Source of the DNA: an archaeon
GTDB lineage: Archaea; Asgardarchaeota; Thorarchaeia; Thorarchaeales; Thorarchaeaceae
Length of the DNA stretch: 64,000 bases
Direction: 5' to 3'
Assembly (NCBI GenBank): GCA_024276825.1
Contig: JAJRWI010000042.1
Coordinates: forward strand, 1 to 64,000
The notes under the pieces are model-generated. The model did no database searches, was not told the origin of the DNA, and was given only the letters and a program-made list of their open reading frames with translations. This document shows positions 28,905-38,753 of the stretch, in pieces (the first letter of the stretch is position 1; each line of letters opens with the position of its first letter). A program made the position numbers and the translations under genes.

Positions 28905-30305
28905 TCACCTCCAGATTTTTCCAAGTGCGGTCTCAACGACCTCTTCAGTGGCCCTTGTCACAGCACGCCGGTCGCGATAGTTTAGATCAACATCCATTAC
29001 AAGAATCATCACTGAATTCTCAATCTCATCTTCAGGGATCTTGCCATCTCCAAGTGCCTTGGTAATTGCCTTTGCAGCACCTGATTGCACTGGACCGTAT
29101 ATTAGAGATGCTTGACGCATAGACTTGATTCTTCTGGCTGGTAAGAGTATACTACTTGGCCTGACTGCAAGGTTCGGCTCAAGAATGACTGTGAGACCCT
29201 CATGTCCAATCTTGGGTGTGGTCAAGAGACGCACAAAGACCCGGCCAAGGGGGCTATCTTTGGGCCCTTTGATTATACCTGCAGCGACAACATTATTTGA
29301 TGCAGAGGCTGTTGGCATGCCACTCAGGTTCTTCTTATCAATACCGAATTTGGCCAGTACCTCCTTGATCTCAAGGTCCTTCTTTACCGCTGGACGAGCA
29401 ATCTCGTCAATCAAGCCGAGCTTTTCAAGTTCCAATCGAATCTCTTCACGCAGCTCACGGGTGAGGGTACCTCCAGTATCAAGCGGTAGACGTGCCTTGC
29501 CAGCTTTGATCCCCATCATTTTGAGTGCAGCTTTGACAGGAGGCGCTCCCCCATTTCTGGTTATTATTCTACTGAGGGTTTGAACCGAGTGCTGAAGGTT
29601 CATGGCCTTCTCAAGATTACCCATCTTGACATCCTCCATTATCTCAAGCCAGATGTGTGGAATGATATTTGCTGATGCAAGAATTGCCGCCTTTGCACCA
29701 GCAGCCACTGCTGATAGAAAACACTCATCATGGCCAATAATAACAGGAATCTTGTCCCTCAGTTTCTCAATGAGTTCAAGTGTGTGAGGAATATTCCCGC
29801 TGCTGTCCTTGATTGCTACAATATTGTCCAGCTCTGCCAGGTCTTCTACGATGTTGGCCTGCAGAACACCAAGCGTACATTGTGGAATATTGTACATGAT
29901 CAATGGAAGATCCGCTTTCAGGGCCACTGTCTCATAATGCTCATAGTAGCCTTTATCGGTGGGGCGTAAGTAGAATGGTGAAATAACTAGCGCAGCATCA
30001 CAACCAATGTCAGCTGCGTACCTTGTCAGTTCAACAGTGGCTCTGGTGCTGTTCTGACCGGTTCCAGCCACAACTGGTACACGACCATCAACAATCTCAA
30101 CAGTCAGCTTCAGCAGCTTTTTCCGCTCCTCGGTTCGCATATATACAAACTCACCCGTTGTGCCTGCAGGGACAACACCAGTGGCACCCTTACTTATTGT
30201 ATAATCAATTATCTGCCTAAAGCCCTCTTCCATTATATCACCGTCTTTATTGAACGGCGTGACGAGAGCAGGCATGACTCCTGTGGGAACAAACCTCTTT
30301 GTCAT
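28905..30305 (-). CDS. DapA-family class I aldolase fused to degenerate Fae domain, copy B
   Basis: GTTGEF, YNIP, AIKDSSG. C-terminal IKGPKDSP...GHEGLTVILEPNLAVRP...QASLIYGPVQSGAAKAI matches the Fae core. Confidence 0.88.
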   Translation of the reverse strand: MTKRFVPTGVMPALVTPFNKDGDIMEEGFRQIIDYTISKGATGVVPAGTTGEFVYMRTEERKKLLKLTVEIVDGRVPVVAGTGQNSTRATVELTRYAADIGCDAALVISPFYLRPTDKGYYEHYETVALKADLPLIMYNIPQCTLGVLQANIVEDLAELDNIVAIKDSSGNIPHTLELIEKLRDKIPVIIGHDECFLSAVAAGAKAAILASANIIPHIWLEIMEDVKMGNLEKAMNLQHSVQTLSRIITRNGGAPPVKAALKMMGIKAGKARLPLDTGGTLTRELREEIRLELEKLGLIDEIARPAVKKDLEIKEVLAKFGIDKKNLSGMPTASASNNVVAAGIIKGPKDSPLGRVFVRLLTTPKIGHEGLTVILEPNLAVRPSSILLPARRIKSMRQASLIYGPVQSGAAKAITKALGDGKIPEDEIENSVMILVMDVDLNYRDRRAVTRATEEVVETALGKIWR

Positions 30306-30421
30306 GAGAATCAGCCAGCAAGGGCGCTCTGAACGCATGCTCTATAAAACCTTATCGAGAGATCGTTTTTCATCATGGAAGAGAATAGTGCTAGTGAAGG
30401 GATTATAATCAAGAGATATGA

Positions 30422-30757
30422 ATGAACTATACGAGGTTGAGCATAGTGAAGTATGTCTTGGCAATAACAACTTGCCCAGAGGACAAGGCCAATGATCTTG
30501 CAATGCGTCTGGTTGAAAGTCAGGCGTGTGCATGTGTGAACATCATTCGGGGAGTGGTTAGTGTCTATAGATGGAAAGGATCAATTGAAGTGGATCCAGA
30601 GTGCCTACTGTTGATCAAAACAACCAGCGAGATGAAGGACTTTCTATTCAATGTCATCAAGGATAATCATCCATACGAGGTCCCAGAATTCATCACTCTG
30701 GATATAACTGGTGGTTCAACAAGCTATCTCGAATGGATTAGTTCTTGTGTTGGCTAA
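30422..30757 (+). CDS. cutA: Divalent-cation tolerance protein CutA
   Basis: ACVNII, SVYRWKG, LIKT, HPYEVPE. Confidence 0.93.
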   Translation: MNYTRLSIVKYVLAITTCPEDKANDLAMRLVESQACACVNIIRGVVSVYRWKGSIEVDPECLLLIKTTSEMKDFLFNVIKDNHPYEVPEFITLDITGGSTSYLEWISSCVG

Positions 30758-33198
30758 GCAAGATCTGACCTTCGAGCAGCGTACTCTAATGACTCATTGA
30801 AGTATCGACCAAGAACCTTTGCAATGGCTGGGCCCACAATCTGATTCAACTCGCCAGGGAGCAGTTCATTCAGGTTTGTCTTTGATGTCAGTTTCCCTCG
30901 GCGTTTCAGCTCACCAATCACTCGCTGAACAATTGCCCTTGCCTGATCCCAGCTCAAGGGCTCAGCCTTGGAGCCCACAAGATTTGTCTTGATAGCAGTA
31001 ATTGCTCTTATCACCAGTACAACAAGATTCTCCATGTCCCCAGCTGTAGTTATTCCGCTCTTACCATGATTTTTGCATTTACCATCCGTTGCATAAGAAC
31101 CGCAGATTGTGCAGACCTGAAGTCCCCGATGCTGTTTGACAAAATATGCAAGAAGGTTTGCACACTTCATTTCATCATTGGGAGTCCATTCGAGACCTCG
31201 TGTGCCAACACGACTGATCGCCCTGAACACTGTCTTGCTCTTTGTGTCAATCCATGAAATCATGTCAATCTTTGCTCTCTTGCCTTCGATAACACGTTTT
31301 CTTTCCATCTCAACTTCTAATGCATACTCCTCCTTTGCCAACTTGGCCAGGCGCTCCTTGGCAAGGAATCTATGCATGAGATCATAGGCAATGGCATAAT
31401 TGTCAAACTCGAGACCATCCAGTTTAAGGGGAGCATCCTTCACTCCCGAAAAGACCGGACTTGCAGTTGATTCCAGCTCGTCACGAGCAGTGGTGAGATT
31501 CTGGCTTGATAGGCGGGCATGCATCCAAGCGCAAATGGTTGTTGCATCTAGCTCAGGATGGACACACTTCAGCTCGTATATTCTCTTCATGGTCAAATCA
31601 ATCAGAATTTCCTCTCTCAGTGAGGCAACATCAGACTCAGAGTCCTCATATATACTCTTAAGCAGCGCCTTGATACGTAACAGGTCCTGTTTGGATCGGA
31701 TGTAGGTTTCCACAACTCGCGTCAAGTTAGTCAATAGATTGATTGTCATATGCCAGACCAAGTCCAATTTCAACGACTCAATTATTTCACCATATTTCCG
31801 TTTTTGGATCATCTCAGATGAGGTCTTCATTCCGATAGACTTCAGAGAGCCACTTTCAACCTGCCGGCGTATAAGAAGCAGTTCTCTCATCTCAGAAGGG
31901 CTCGGGACCCTGATCTTCTTCATCAAGGCCTCCAAGACTTTGCTCTCGATTCCTATGAGTTCCTTGGGGTCTTTGGTCAGAAATTCGATTGTGATCTTGT
32001 CGAGCTCGGATGCCCTCAGACCCTGAGCCTTTAACATACCCTTGACTGACTTTTCAAGGGTGGTTTCTATCTTTTCAAGACGACGCAGTGACCTTTCGAG
32101 TTCCTCCATCTCTTCTTGACTAATCTGAGGTCCTTCAGTAGACTCCTCAGGAGGTTCCGCTGCAGATGTTAGACCTTCTGCCAGCACTTCCGGCTCTCTA
32201 ATGCCTTTGGACCTCATAGTGGTTTCTATATCGGAGGCGGGAAGTCCAGTGATGATTGATAGCAAGTCATAGGTTGCAGATGGTGACTCCTTGATGGTGT
32301 CACCAATTAGCTTCGCAATATTGTTTCCAAGATTGATCTCATAGTCATCAATTGTAGTGGGCGAGTCAAACTCAATCTCAAAGAGTTCGAGTATTTGAAT
32401 TCGTAATTCATGAGCCCTAGACAGGGTCCGTGGATTCTTACATATCTGTGAAACATTTTCTAAAATGGCTTGAGCAATTGTCTTCCAAGTGGCATCTGGA
32501 ATATCAGCCTCGATCAATCTAGACTTCATATATTCATCCGATCCAAAGATCTTCATGATGCCTCTTCGAAGGATTGTGATCTCAATCACTTCAGTGGGAT
32601 GTTCACGCATGAGTTCATCCCGAAGCGATAGGGCGGATTCTTTGAGACCTGATGCTTTGGTATAGAGTTCGTTGCGCCACTTTTGGCCCCAGCCAGTCAC
32701 ATTATTAATGAAGTCAATGTCTTGGTTCAGACTATACTCATGCGGAATCTTTTGAAGGTGCTCCTTCAGAAGACTGACACATCTATCTATTGATTTCAGA
32801 TCCAAGGGATTAATGAACTTCGGCTCTTCACAGATGGAGATGAAAAATTCACTCTCAAGACGAAGTATGTCAATCTCCTCTCTGTGCTTGTCGCCGAGGA
32901 GTTGACGTATTTCCAGTTCTAGTTGACGAGACTCTTCGCGCGTCATCTCGTCCTTGCGTTCAATGGTCAACTCCTGTGCATCATCAAAGCTCAAAAGTCT
33001 GACTCCCTGATAATGATATAACCAGAATGCTGCAAAGAATGAATAGATATCTTCAATGGGACGCGGCGTTTCCAACATGGTCATTAGTTGTTGACGGTCT
33101 CTGGTACTTCTCATGTGAGTGGCAAGGCCTTCTCGCAGAATGATCTCTTTGCCAGCCTCACTCATTTGACGGGTCTTGATTATCCATGAACTTGACAT
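30754..33198 (-). CDS. Large helical/coiled-coil hypothetical protein with C-terminal CxxC...CxxH zinc site
   Basis: 814-aa ORF, CTICG...CKNH, 1-nt overlap with the upstream gene. Confidence 0.8.
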   Translation of the reverse strand: MSSSWIIKTRQMSEAGKEIILREGLATHMRSTRDRQQLMTMLETPRPIEDIYSFFAAFWLYHYQGVRLLSFDDAQELTIERKDEMTREESRQLELEIRQLLGDKHREEIDILRLESEFFISICEEPKFINPLDLKSIDRCVSLLKEHLQKIPHEYSLNQDIDFINNVTGWGQKWRNELYTKASGLKESALSLRDELMREHPTEVIEITILRRGIMKIFGSDEYMKSRLIEADIPDATWKTIAQAILENVSQICKNPRTLSRAHELRIQILELFEIEFDSPTTIDDYEINLGNNIAKLIGDTIKESPSATYDLLSIITGLPASDIETTMRSKGIREPEVLAEGLTSAAEPPEESTEGPQISQEEMEELERSLRRLEKIETTLEKSVKGMLKAQGLRASELDKITIEFLTKDPKELIGIESKVLEALMKKIRVPSPSEMRELLLIRRQVESGSLKSIGMKTSSEMIQKRKYGEIIESLKLDLVWHMTINLLTNLTRVVETYIRSKQDLLRIKALLKSIYEDSESDVASLREEILIDLTMKRIYELKCVHPELDATTICAWMHARLSSQNLTTARDELESTASPVFSGVKDAPLKLDGLEFDNYAIAYDLMHRFLAKERLAKLAKEEYALEVEMERKRVIEGKRAKIDMISWIDTKSKTVFRAISRVGTRGLEWTPNDEMKCANLLAYFVKQHRGLQVCTICGSYATDGKCKNHGKSGITTAGDMENLVVLVIRAITAIKTNLVGSKAEPLSWDQARAIVQRVIGELKRRGKLTSKTNLNELLPGELNQIVGPAIAKVLGRYFNESLEYAARRSDLA

Positions 33199-35756
33199 CA
33201 GGCCTCACCTCTCAGAAAGTTGTTTCCAATAATTATTCGTAGTTCTCCGGGTTTGCGTTCGTAGGACACAAGGTACATAACATTCAAGTCGTTGGGGTCT
33301 CGTAAGTAGACCCTTGTAATGTATGGGAATATGTGACTCAGCCCTCGAATTACATCCTCGATCAGGTAGTTGTAGAAGGCATCGCCAAGCTCGATTTTTG
33401 CATCAGGGGCGGATTCAATACCCCGAGTCTTTAGTGTGACAAGGAGGTTTGTAAAAGTGCTCTCAAGTGCCTTGTGTTGCTCACCCATCTTCTCAATTTT
33501 CTCTGTCAAAATCTGTCTTAGACGGCGATATATCAACATCTCTTTGGGGGGCTCCGGTCTTGGAGGAAGTTGCTGCATTGGCCTTTCGGGATATTGAGAA
33601 TTAATCCGTTGAAGCCTGCTCTCCCAAGCCTCGGGAGGTGATGGAGATAGCCCTTCGGACAGGCGGGCCTGGTAAATCTGTTGCTCATTCTCGAGTTTTT
33701 CGCGTTCAGCCCGTATCATCTCGGTTCGCCTGGTATTGTGTGCAAAGGCCTGCTCGTTTTCTGCTTCTATTCTGCTATACTTCTTCTGCCATTGCTCTAT
33801 TCTCTGGGCATATTCTTGTTCTAGCTCTTCGGCAACAGAACTCACTTTCTCAATTACCGCTAGAGCACCACGAGCAGTATTGAGTTTTTCATGAACAAAG
33901 GTGACAAAATCAAGGAGTTGTTTGGAAAGGGGGTCATCAACATTCAGTTTGTTTTGAAATTCCTTAAGCCAACTCTTGGCCTCACTGAGCCAAAGCTCTG
34001 ACCTCTCATCAATGCCTTCCACAACTCTGGCGAACTCATCTATAAGTGGGACTGGTTCGTAGTACATCTTATCAATTATCTTGTTGATCGTTGTTCGTGA
34101 CAGCAGGGTCTGAGCAACATCAGGTATCACTTCTTGAACAAGTTGTTCGAACTTTACCAATCTTGCAGATAGTTCATCAGGCGATACGCCTATCAGGTCT
34201 GCGGATTCGTCCAATCTTTGAATTTCATTTCTTGCAATCTCAGCAATATCTATGAAGTCAACTAAAGACCAGACATCAATCTTGCGGAAGACTCTGATCA
34301 TCTCATCAGCAATTTCATTCAGCAGAGATCTAGTGTCCTTGTTTATGTCACCCTTGAATGCATGCTTATCAAAGAGCGCGTTTAGCTGTGAGAAGAGTTC
34401 ATCATAGATCTTTTCAAACAGCATCTTATCAATCGAGTCGAGTTCTCTCTGAAACATTTCATTCTTGAACTCGCGAAGAGCAGAAACAAGAACTTCTCTT
34501 GAAGCACTCACTGTGAGAAAGCGTGTTAGTTCATCAGTGAAGTTCTGAATTGCCCGCTTCGAGTAAGCGACAAAATAGCGGATGGCGCTTTTCAACTGCC
34601 ATGCGCGAATCTCAGTTTCAGTTGGAAATTCGCGTTGTAGGGAATCGCCCATTGCTGTCAAAAGACCCTTGATAATGGTTCCCTTAATACCATATAGTTC
34701 ATCAGTCTTGAGTTCTGCCAACGAGTTAAGTTCCACTAGATGTTCATTTAGTTTCATGGTCTTCCCTGAACCAATGTGTTGTTCAGTCATCTCCTCAAAA
34801 ATACCAATTGCATTCTCGGCAAGCTGCATAAACTCTGAACCTTTTGCAATCACATTGTCAATATCGCTGGGACTGATTATAGAAGAGCCCATGAAACTGA
34901 TTAGGCCATCAACTAGGACGCGTGTTGCACGGGCCTCCTCAAAACTATAGGAATATGTATTGAGTTCAGAAAGTATCGCCCTCCCAGCCTCAGGTATTCT
35001 TTCGGCAAGTGCTTCGATGCCCGCGGGTGTGAGCACCCTGTGCTTGAAATGTTCAAGCAGATGCGACTCGTCATACTCTGGCATAAGAAAGCGAACCTTG
35101 GGTGTCCCAACGGGTCTAAGGCCTGGGGGCCTTATTGTAAAACTTTCAACTACAGGAACCACAATTTCACATTCAGGGTCTACCTGATCAATCTTGAGCT
35201 GCATCGAGTCCCATGAACCCTGAAAGCGCTTGTCCATCATCTCTACGAAGGTCACTCGGTTTAAGCGATCACTGAACTTTTTTATTACTCGTAGCCCTTC
35301 CTGTTCATAGTCAAGTTGATTGTTCTCTACCGCATTTTCTATATCTGCAAGCTTCTTAGACACTGTAGTGATATGTTTGTCAATCTTGAATGTGTCAACA
35401 ATTCCTCTTTCCCAAGCAAGTATGCATGCATTAGACATCACACCTGCAGAGGACCCTCCAGTAATCAATAGTTGTTCGGGTAAAACCCGAGGACTAGGGG
35501 GCTTTTCTAGATTCCACTCCATTGATAGGATCTCAAGTTGTTCTTCAGATGACAATATGTCTTGAAGACTGATGATAATTGGAGCAATGTTCATGGCAAC
35601 CAGTTCAGAGTTTTCTTCCATCATACTCCCCAGACCAATTGCACTTCCAACAGGAACTCCGCGTTTCGTTGTTGTTGTTAGTACTGAAACCGAGGCCATT
35701 CTAATTGATTCTGCTGTGCTGGGAGCGTGTGTTCTTCCCCTTGCTGTTCTACTCAT
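33198..35756 (-). CDS. Large helical/coiled-coil hypothetical protein
   Basis: 852-aa ORF with long E/Q/R-rich heptads and a Pro-rich kink; GAGGAG SD. Confidence 0.8.
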   Translation of the reverse strand: MSRTARGRTHAPSTAESIRMASVSVLTTTTKRGVPVGSAIGLGSMMEENSELVAMNIAPIIISLQDILSSEEQLEILSMEWNLEKPPSPRVLPEQLLITGGSSAGVMSNACILAWERGIVDTFKIDKHITTVSKKLADIENAVENNQLDYEQEGLRVIKKFSDRLNRVTFVEMMDKRFQGSWDSMQLKIDQVDPECEIVVPVVESFTIRPPGLRPVGTPKVRFLMPEYDESHLLEHFKHRVLTPAGIEALAERIPEAGRAILSELNTYSYSFEEARATRVLVDGLISFMGSSIISPSDIDNVIAKGSEFMQLAENAIGIFEEMTEQHIGSGKTMKLNEHLVELNSLAELKTDELYGIKGTIIKGLLTAMGDSLQREFPTETEIRAWQLKSAIRYFVAYSKRAIQNFTDELTRFLTVSASREVLVSALREFKNEMFQRELDSIDKMLFEKIYDELFSQLNALFDKHAFKGDINKDTRSLLNEIADEMIRVFRKIDVWSLVDFIDIAEIARNEIQRLDESADLIGVSPDELSARLVKFEQLVQEVIPDVAQTLLSRTTINKIIDKMYYEPVPLIDEFARVVEGIDERSELWLSEAKSWLKEFQNKLNVDDPLSKQLLDFVTFVHEKLNTARGALAVIEKVSSVAEELEQEYAQRIEQWQKKYSRIEAENEQAFAHNTRRTEMIRAEREKLENEQQIYQARLSEGLSPSPPEAWESRLQRINSQYPERPMQQLPPRPEPPKEMLIYRRLRQILTEKIEKMGEQHKALESTFTNLLVTLKTRGIESAPDAKIELGDAFYNYLIEDVIRGLSHIFPYITRVYLRDPNDLNVMYLVSYERKPGELRIIIGNNFLRGEA

Positions 35757-35862
35757 AGTGGGTTCTCCTCTTGTCAGGTGTCCAATCTATCTATAATAGG
35801 ATATGAATTTGCAGACTCGCTTTTGAATTATTCTGGTCGATAGCAGAAATCCTTCTGGAATG

Positions 35863-36813
35863 TCAAGAGTCGTGAACGGACCAGATTGATTTTGATTGTT
35901 CAATAATGCCGTTTCTTTTCAGAGTCATCAAAGCTGAATAAATAGTGGCCCTAAGTAAGATGGGGCTGTCAAAGGGTATTGGAATATTATGCATTCTCGT
36001 TAGATCAAAGGCAATCTGTTCTATGTCCGCCTTACCACGTGCTTTGAGCAGACATAGGACATTGCCCAGAAATTCTTGTGTGCTATCGTGTGCTTGCTGA
36101 ATCTGTGGAATGACATCCTCAAATATATGGGGTGAGTCATGAGTAGGAAGCAGATAATCTGGATGAAGAGATTTAATCTTATCAAGTGCAAGGACACGTG
36201 CTGCCAAGTCGCCGCTGCAGTCAGTAAAAAACATTCTAGGTTCGTTGGGAAAATTATTGATTTCGTCTCCAGAAAAGAGGATTTTTCTGGAGGGCTCAAA
36301 AAATACGCAGTGTCCTGCTGAATGGCCGCCAGTAAAAATCACTCTTAGCCTTGTTGAGCCGAACGAGATTGTATCATTATTATGTAGAATTTCATTCACT
36401 TTGACGCCAGGATAATTCACTCGCAAAGGCCCTTTCTCCAGTCTTGCAGTTATCTTTTCGATCATGTTGAGCCGTAGTCGCTCACTTAGGAAGAGAGAGG
36501 GGTTTTCAAGCAGCCGGACATCATTCTCATGGACCATCACTCTTGCTTTTGACAACTTCATAATTCGATGGAGTCCACCCACATGATCAGGATGAGCATG
36601 AGTACAGAGGACAGCAACAAGGTCGGTCCGGCTATTAAGACCAATCTTGTCCATTACTTTTTCTATCATGCCGCCTGGTGAGCCCGCAGTGCCAGAATCA
36701 ATCAAGACAGCCTTGCCATCACTGACCACCAAATAGACTGAGATGGGTCCAAGCTTATCAGTGAATCTTCCTTGAATATGAAACACACCGGGTATGATCT
36801 CTGTAGATGACAT
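35863..36813 (-). CDS. MBL-fold metallo-hydrolase
   Basis: LIDSG, THAHPDHVGG, GHSAGH, FSGD, PTH. Confidence 0.9.
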   Translation of the reverse strand: MSSTEIIPGVFHIQGRFTDKLGPISVYLVVSDGKAVLIDSGTAGSPGGMIEKVMDKIGLNSRTDLVAVLCTHAHPDHVGGLHRIMKLSKARVMVHENDVRLLENPSLFLSERLRLNMIEKITARLEKGPLRVNYPGVKVNEILHNNDTISFGSTRLRVIFTGGHSAGHCVFFEPSRKILFSGDEINNFPNEPRMFFTDCSGDLAARVLALDKIKSLHPDYLLPTHDSPHIFEDVIPQIQQAHDSTQEFLGNVLCLLKARGKADIEQIAFDLTRMHNIPIPFDSPILLRATIYSALMTLKRNGIIEQSKSIWSVHDS

Positions 36814-36914
36814 TAATGAAAAAATCATGGAGACCTTACTTATGATACTATCGTGTAATTGCTACCATAGGGAAATTATTAGTTGGATTCGCGTTCTTGG
36901 GATATTGACTTGCG

Positions 36915-37952
36915 ATGGAGTCTACAGAATTCCTTGAACTGATTGAGAGCATTCGACGTGGGATAGGTCTCGTTCGTGGGATTGAACCTAAGATACTCGA
37001 CATCCTTGAAGATGATACTGGATGTATTCATGTGCTTACCACCGACCGGTCTGAGAAACACATGATCCTTGGGCCAGCAGGAAGAGTGGTAACCGAGGCA
37101 GTAAAGAGAACGGGGAGGAATGTGAAGATCTATAGCAGGGATGATGTCATACTTCGTGAGTTCAGACTAAAACTTGTTCTTAGTAGAATCAACGAAATTC
37201 TCGAACATGTTAATGATATGCAGGGTGCGTTTCTTGAAAGACTGAAACTCATGATCAACGCCCGACTTAAGATACCAATAGTAAATCACCCAGTTGCGGA
37301 TTTAAAAGAGACCAACATCGAGGCAGGAGTTGCACTCTCAGGAGGAGCAGATAGCAGTGCATCAATGATAATAATCAAAAGATGGGGAATAACACCAAGA
37401 CCGCTGATTGTTGACAGAGGTGTTGAGTTTCTGCACCCGAAAGCTCGTCAAGACATAGTAGAGTTTTGTCGAAAACTGGGAGTGACTCCTGAGTTCATTC
37501 CTGTTGATGATGGCTTTTCAGAAGTCCTTGAAAAAACACGAGAGGGGCGCATTCACCCGTGTGGGCCATGCCACGAAATCGTGATGCGTACAGTCCACAG
37601 GTTTTCCAAGAAAAAAGGGATTCAGATAATTGTGACAGGAGAGTCATTACCAAGTGGTAGACAGTCACTTGTTCTAGATGATGGCATTCTCCATGTCCAC
37701 ATCCCAGCGGCTCTGGTCTTGACAAAATATGAAACTAGAAAGACCAGTGAAGAGTACCATGTCATTCACAGTAAATCAAAGTTTGGCTGCTCATTGCTTC
37801 ATGAAACATATCAATTAGGTTGGCAGGCAATTGGGCCTTCAATCTACAGAGTACTGAGAGAAGTGGATGCAGGATTCCTCTCAACTGCCAAGGCGTTATC
37901 ATTGATAAGGGGAATTGTCAAGGATCATCTAAAGCAAGAGGGAAATCAATGA
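36915..37952 (+). CDS. KH-domain + PP-loop ATPase (uncharacterised archaeal family)
   Basis: DRSEKHMILGPAGRVV (KH GxxG), ALSGGADS (PP-loop), HPCGPCH, FGC. Confidence 0.75.
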   Translation: MESTEFLELIESIRRGIGLVRGIEPKILDILEDDTGCIHVLTTDRSEKHMILGPAGRVVTEAVKRTGRNVKIYSRDDVILREFRLKLVLSRINEILEHVNDMQGAFLERLKLMINARLKIPIVNHPVADLKETNIEAGVALSGGADSSASMIIIKRWGITPRPLIVDRGVEFLHPKARQDIVEFCRKLGVTPEFIPVDDGFSEVLEKTREGRIHPCGPCHEIVMRTVHRFSKKKGIQIIVTGESLPSGRQSLVLDDGILHVHIPAALVLTKYETRKTSEEYHVIHSKSKFGCSLLHETYQLGWQAIGPSIYRVLREVDAGFLSTAKALSLIRGIVKDHLKQEGNQ

Positions 37953-38416
37953 CAAAAGGGATATACGCATTAATATTGCAAAACGACAATGATAAGGAGA
38001 TTGCCATTGGTTCGCTCGGATTGGTCAGGTTTCACATGGGGTTCTATGTATATGTTGGTTCAGCAATGGGCCGAGGACCAACTAGTGTTGAGAACCGTGT
38101 GAGAAGACATTTTTCAGGGTCGAAGAAGAAACACTGGCATATTGATTATCTACTTGAGCATGTTGAGATTTATGATGTCCTATGGGCAAAGAGTGATGTG
38201 AGGCTAGAATGCAGCCTTGTTCAAGAGATAGTGAATATGAATGAGTTTGAATATGGCCCGAAATCATTTGGAAACTCCGACTGCAAATCTTTCTGTCAAG
38301 CTCACATCCTGAAATACAAGGGATTCAATACGCCTATGAATTATCTAATTGATGCCTTTTCAAAACTAGGCCTTGTTCCACATGATCATGATGACATGGA
38401 GCTTCGCAACGATTAA
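37949..38416 (+). CDS. DUF123 / GIY-YIG (Uri superfamily) endonuclease
   Basis: KGIYAL, YVYVGSA, RVRRH, HWHIDYL, EC, FGNSDC..C.AH. Confidence 0.88.
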   Translation: MTKGIYALILQNDNDKEIAIGSLGLVRFHMGFYVYVGSAMGRGPTSVENRVRRHFSGSKKKHWHIDYLLEHVEIYDVLWAKSDVRLECSLVQEIVNMNEFEYGPKSFGNSDCKSFCQAHILKYKGFNTPMNYLIDAFSKLGLVPHDHDDMELRND

Positions 38417-38457
38417 ATGTCTTTGATAACTCTAAGTAAAAACAGCGGAGGAACCGA

Positions 38458-38679
38458 TTGATGAATTGGAAGGCGGTTTTTGAACAATTACGAACCACCA
38501 ATCAGACATTCACAGTATACCTGAGATATACTCAGAGAGACTCGCTAGCAAAAGTTCCGAATGTCAGGGTGAGTGAAGTGCATGAGGACTATGTCATGCT
38601 GGAAAACCCATCAGGCTATGGGGTAGTGGGATATGAGGACATTCTCTATGTTTCCATTCCCAGAGCAAAAGGCTTCTAA
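38458..38679 (+). CDS. Small protein, possible Sm/Hfq-like beta-barrel
   Basis: Helix followed by five short beta-like segments (TVYL, VSEVHEDYVMLE, VVGYEDILYVSI); GGAGG SD. Confidence 0.55.
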   Translation: MMNWKAVFEQLRTTNQTFTVYLRYTQRDSLAKVPNVRVSEVHEDYVMLENPSGYGVVGYEDILYVSIPRAKGF

Positions 38680-38753
38680 GCAATTCCAATTGCATGATAT
38701 GCAGAATCATTTTTTTAATGATGGTGAATAGTAAGACAGTGTTGGTGAGAAAA

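Noticed and set aside
28192-28980. 262-aa plus-strand ORF
   Set aside because: Antisense shadow of the DapA::Fae gene with no recognisable motifs
27427-30305. Calling both genes dapA of lysine biosynthesis, given the nearby DapE-like M20 enzyme
   Set aside because: Substrate-binding Arg absent, Fae fusion present, no dapB/asd adjacent; the M20 gene is separated by ~950 bp and its specificity cannot be determined
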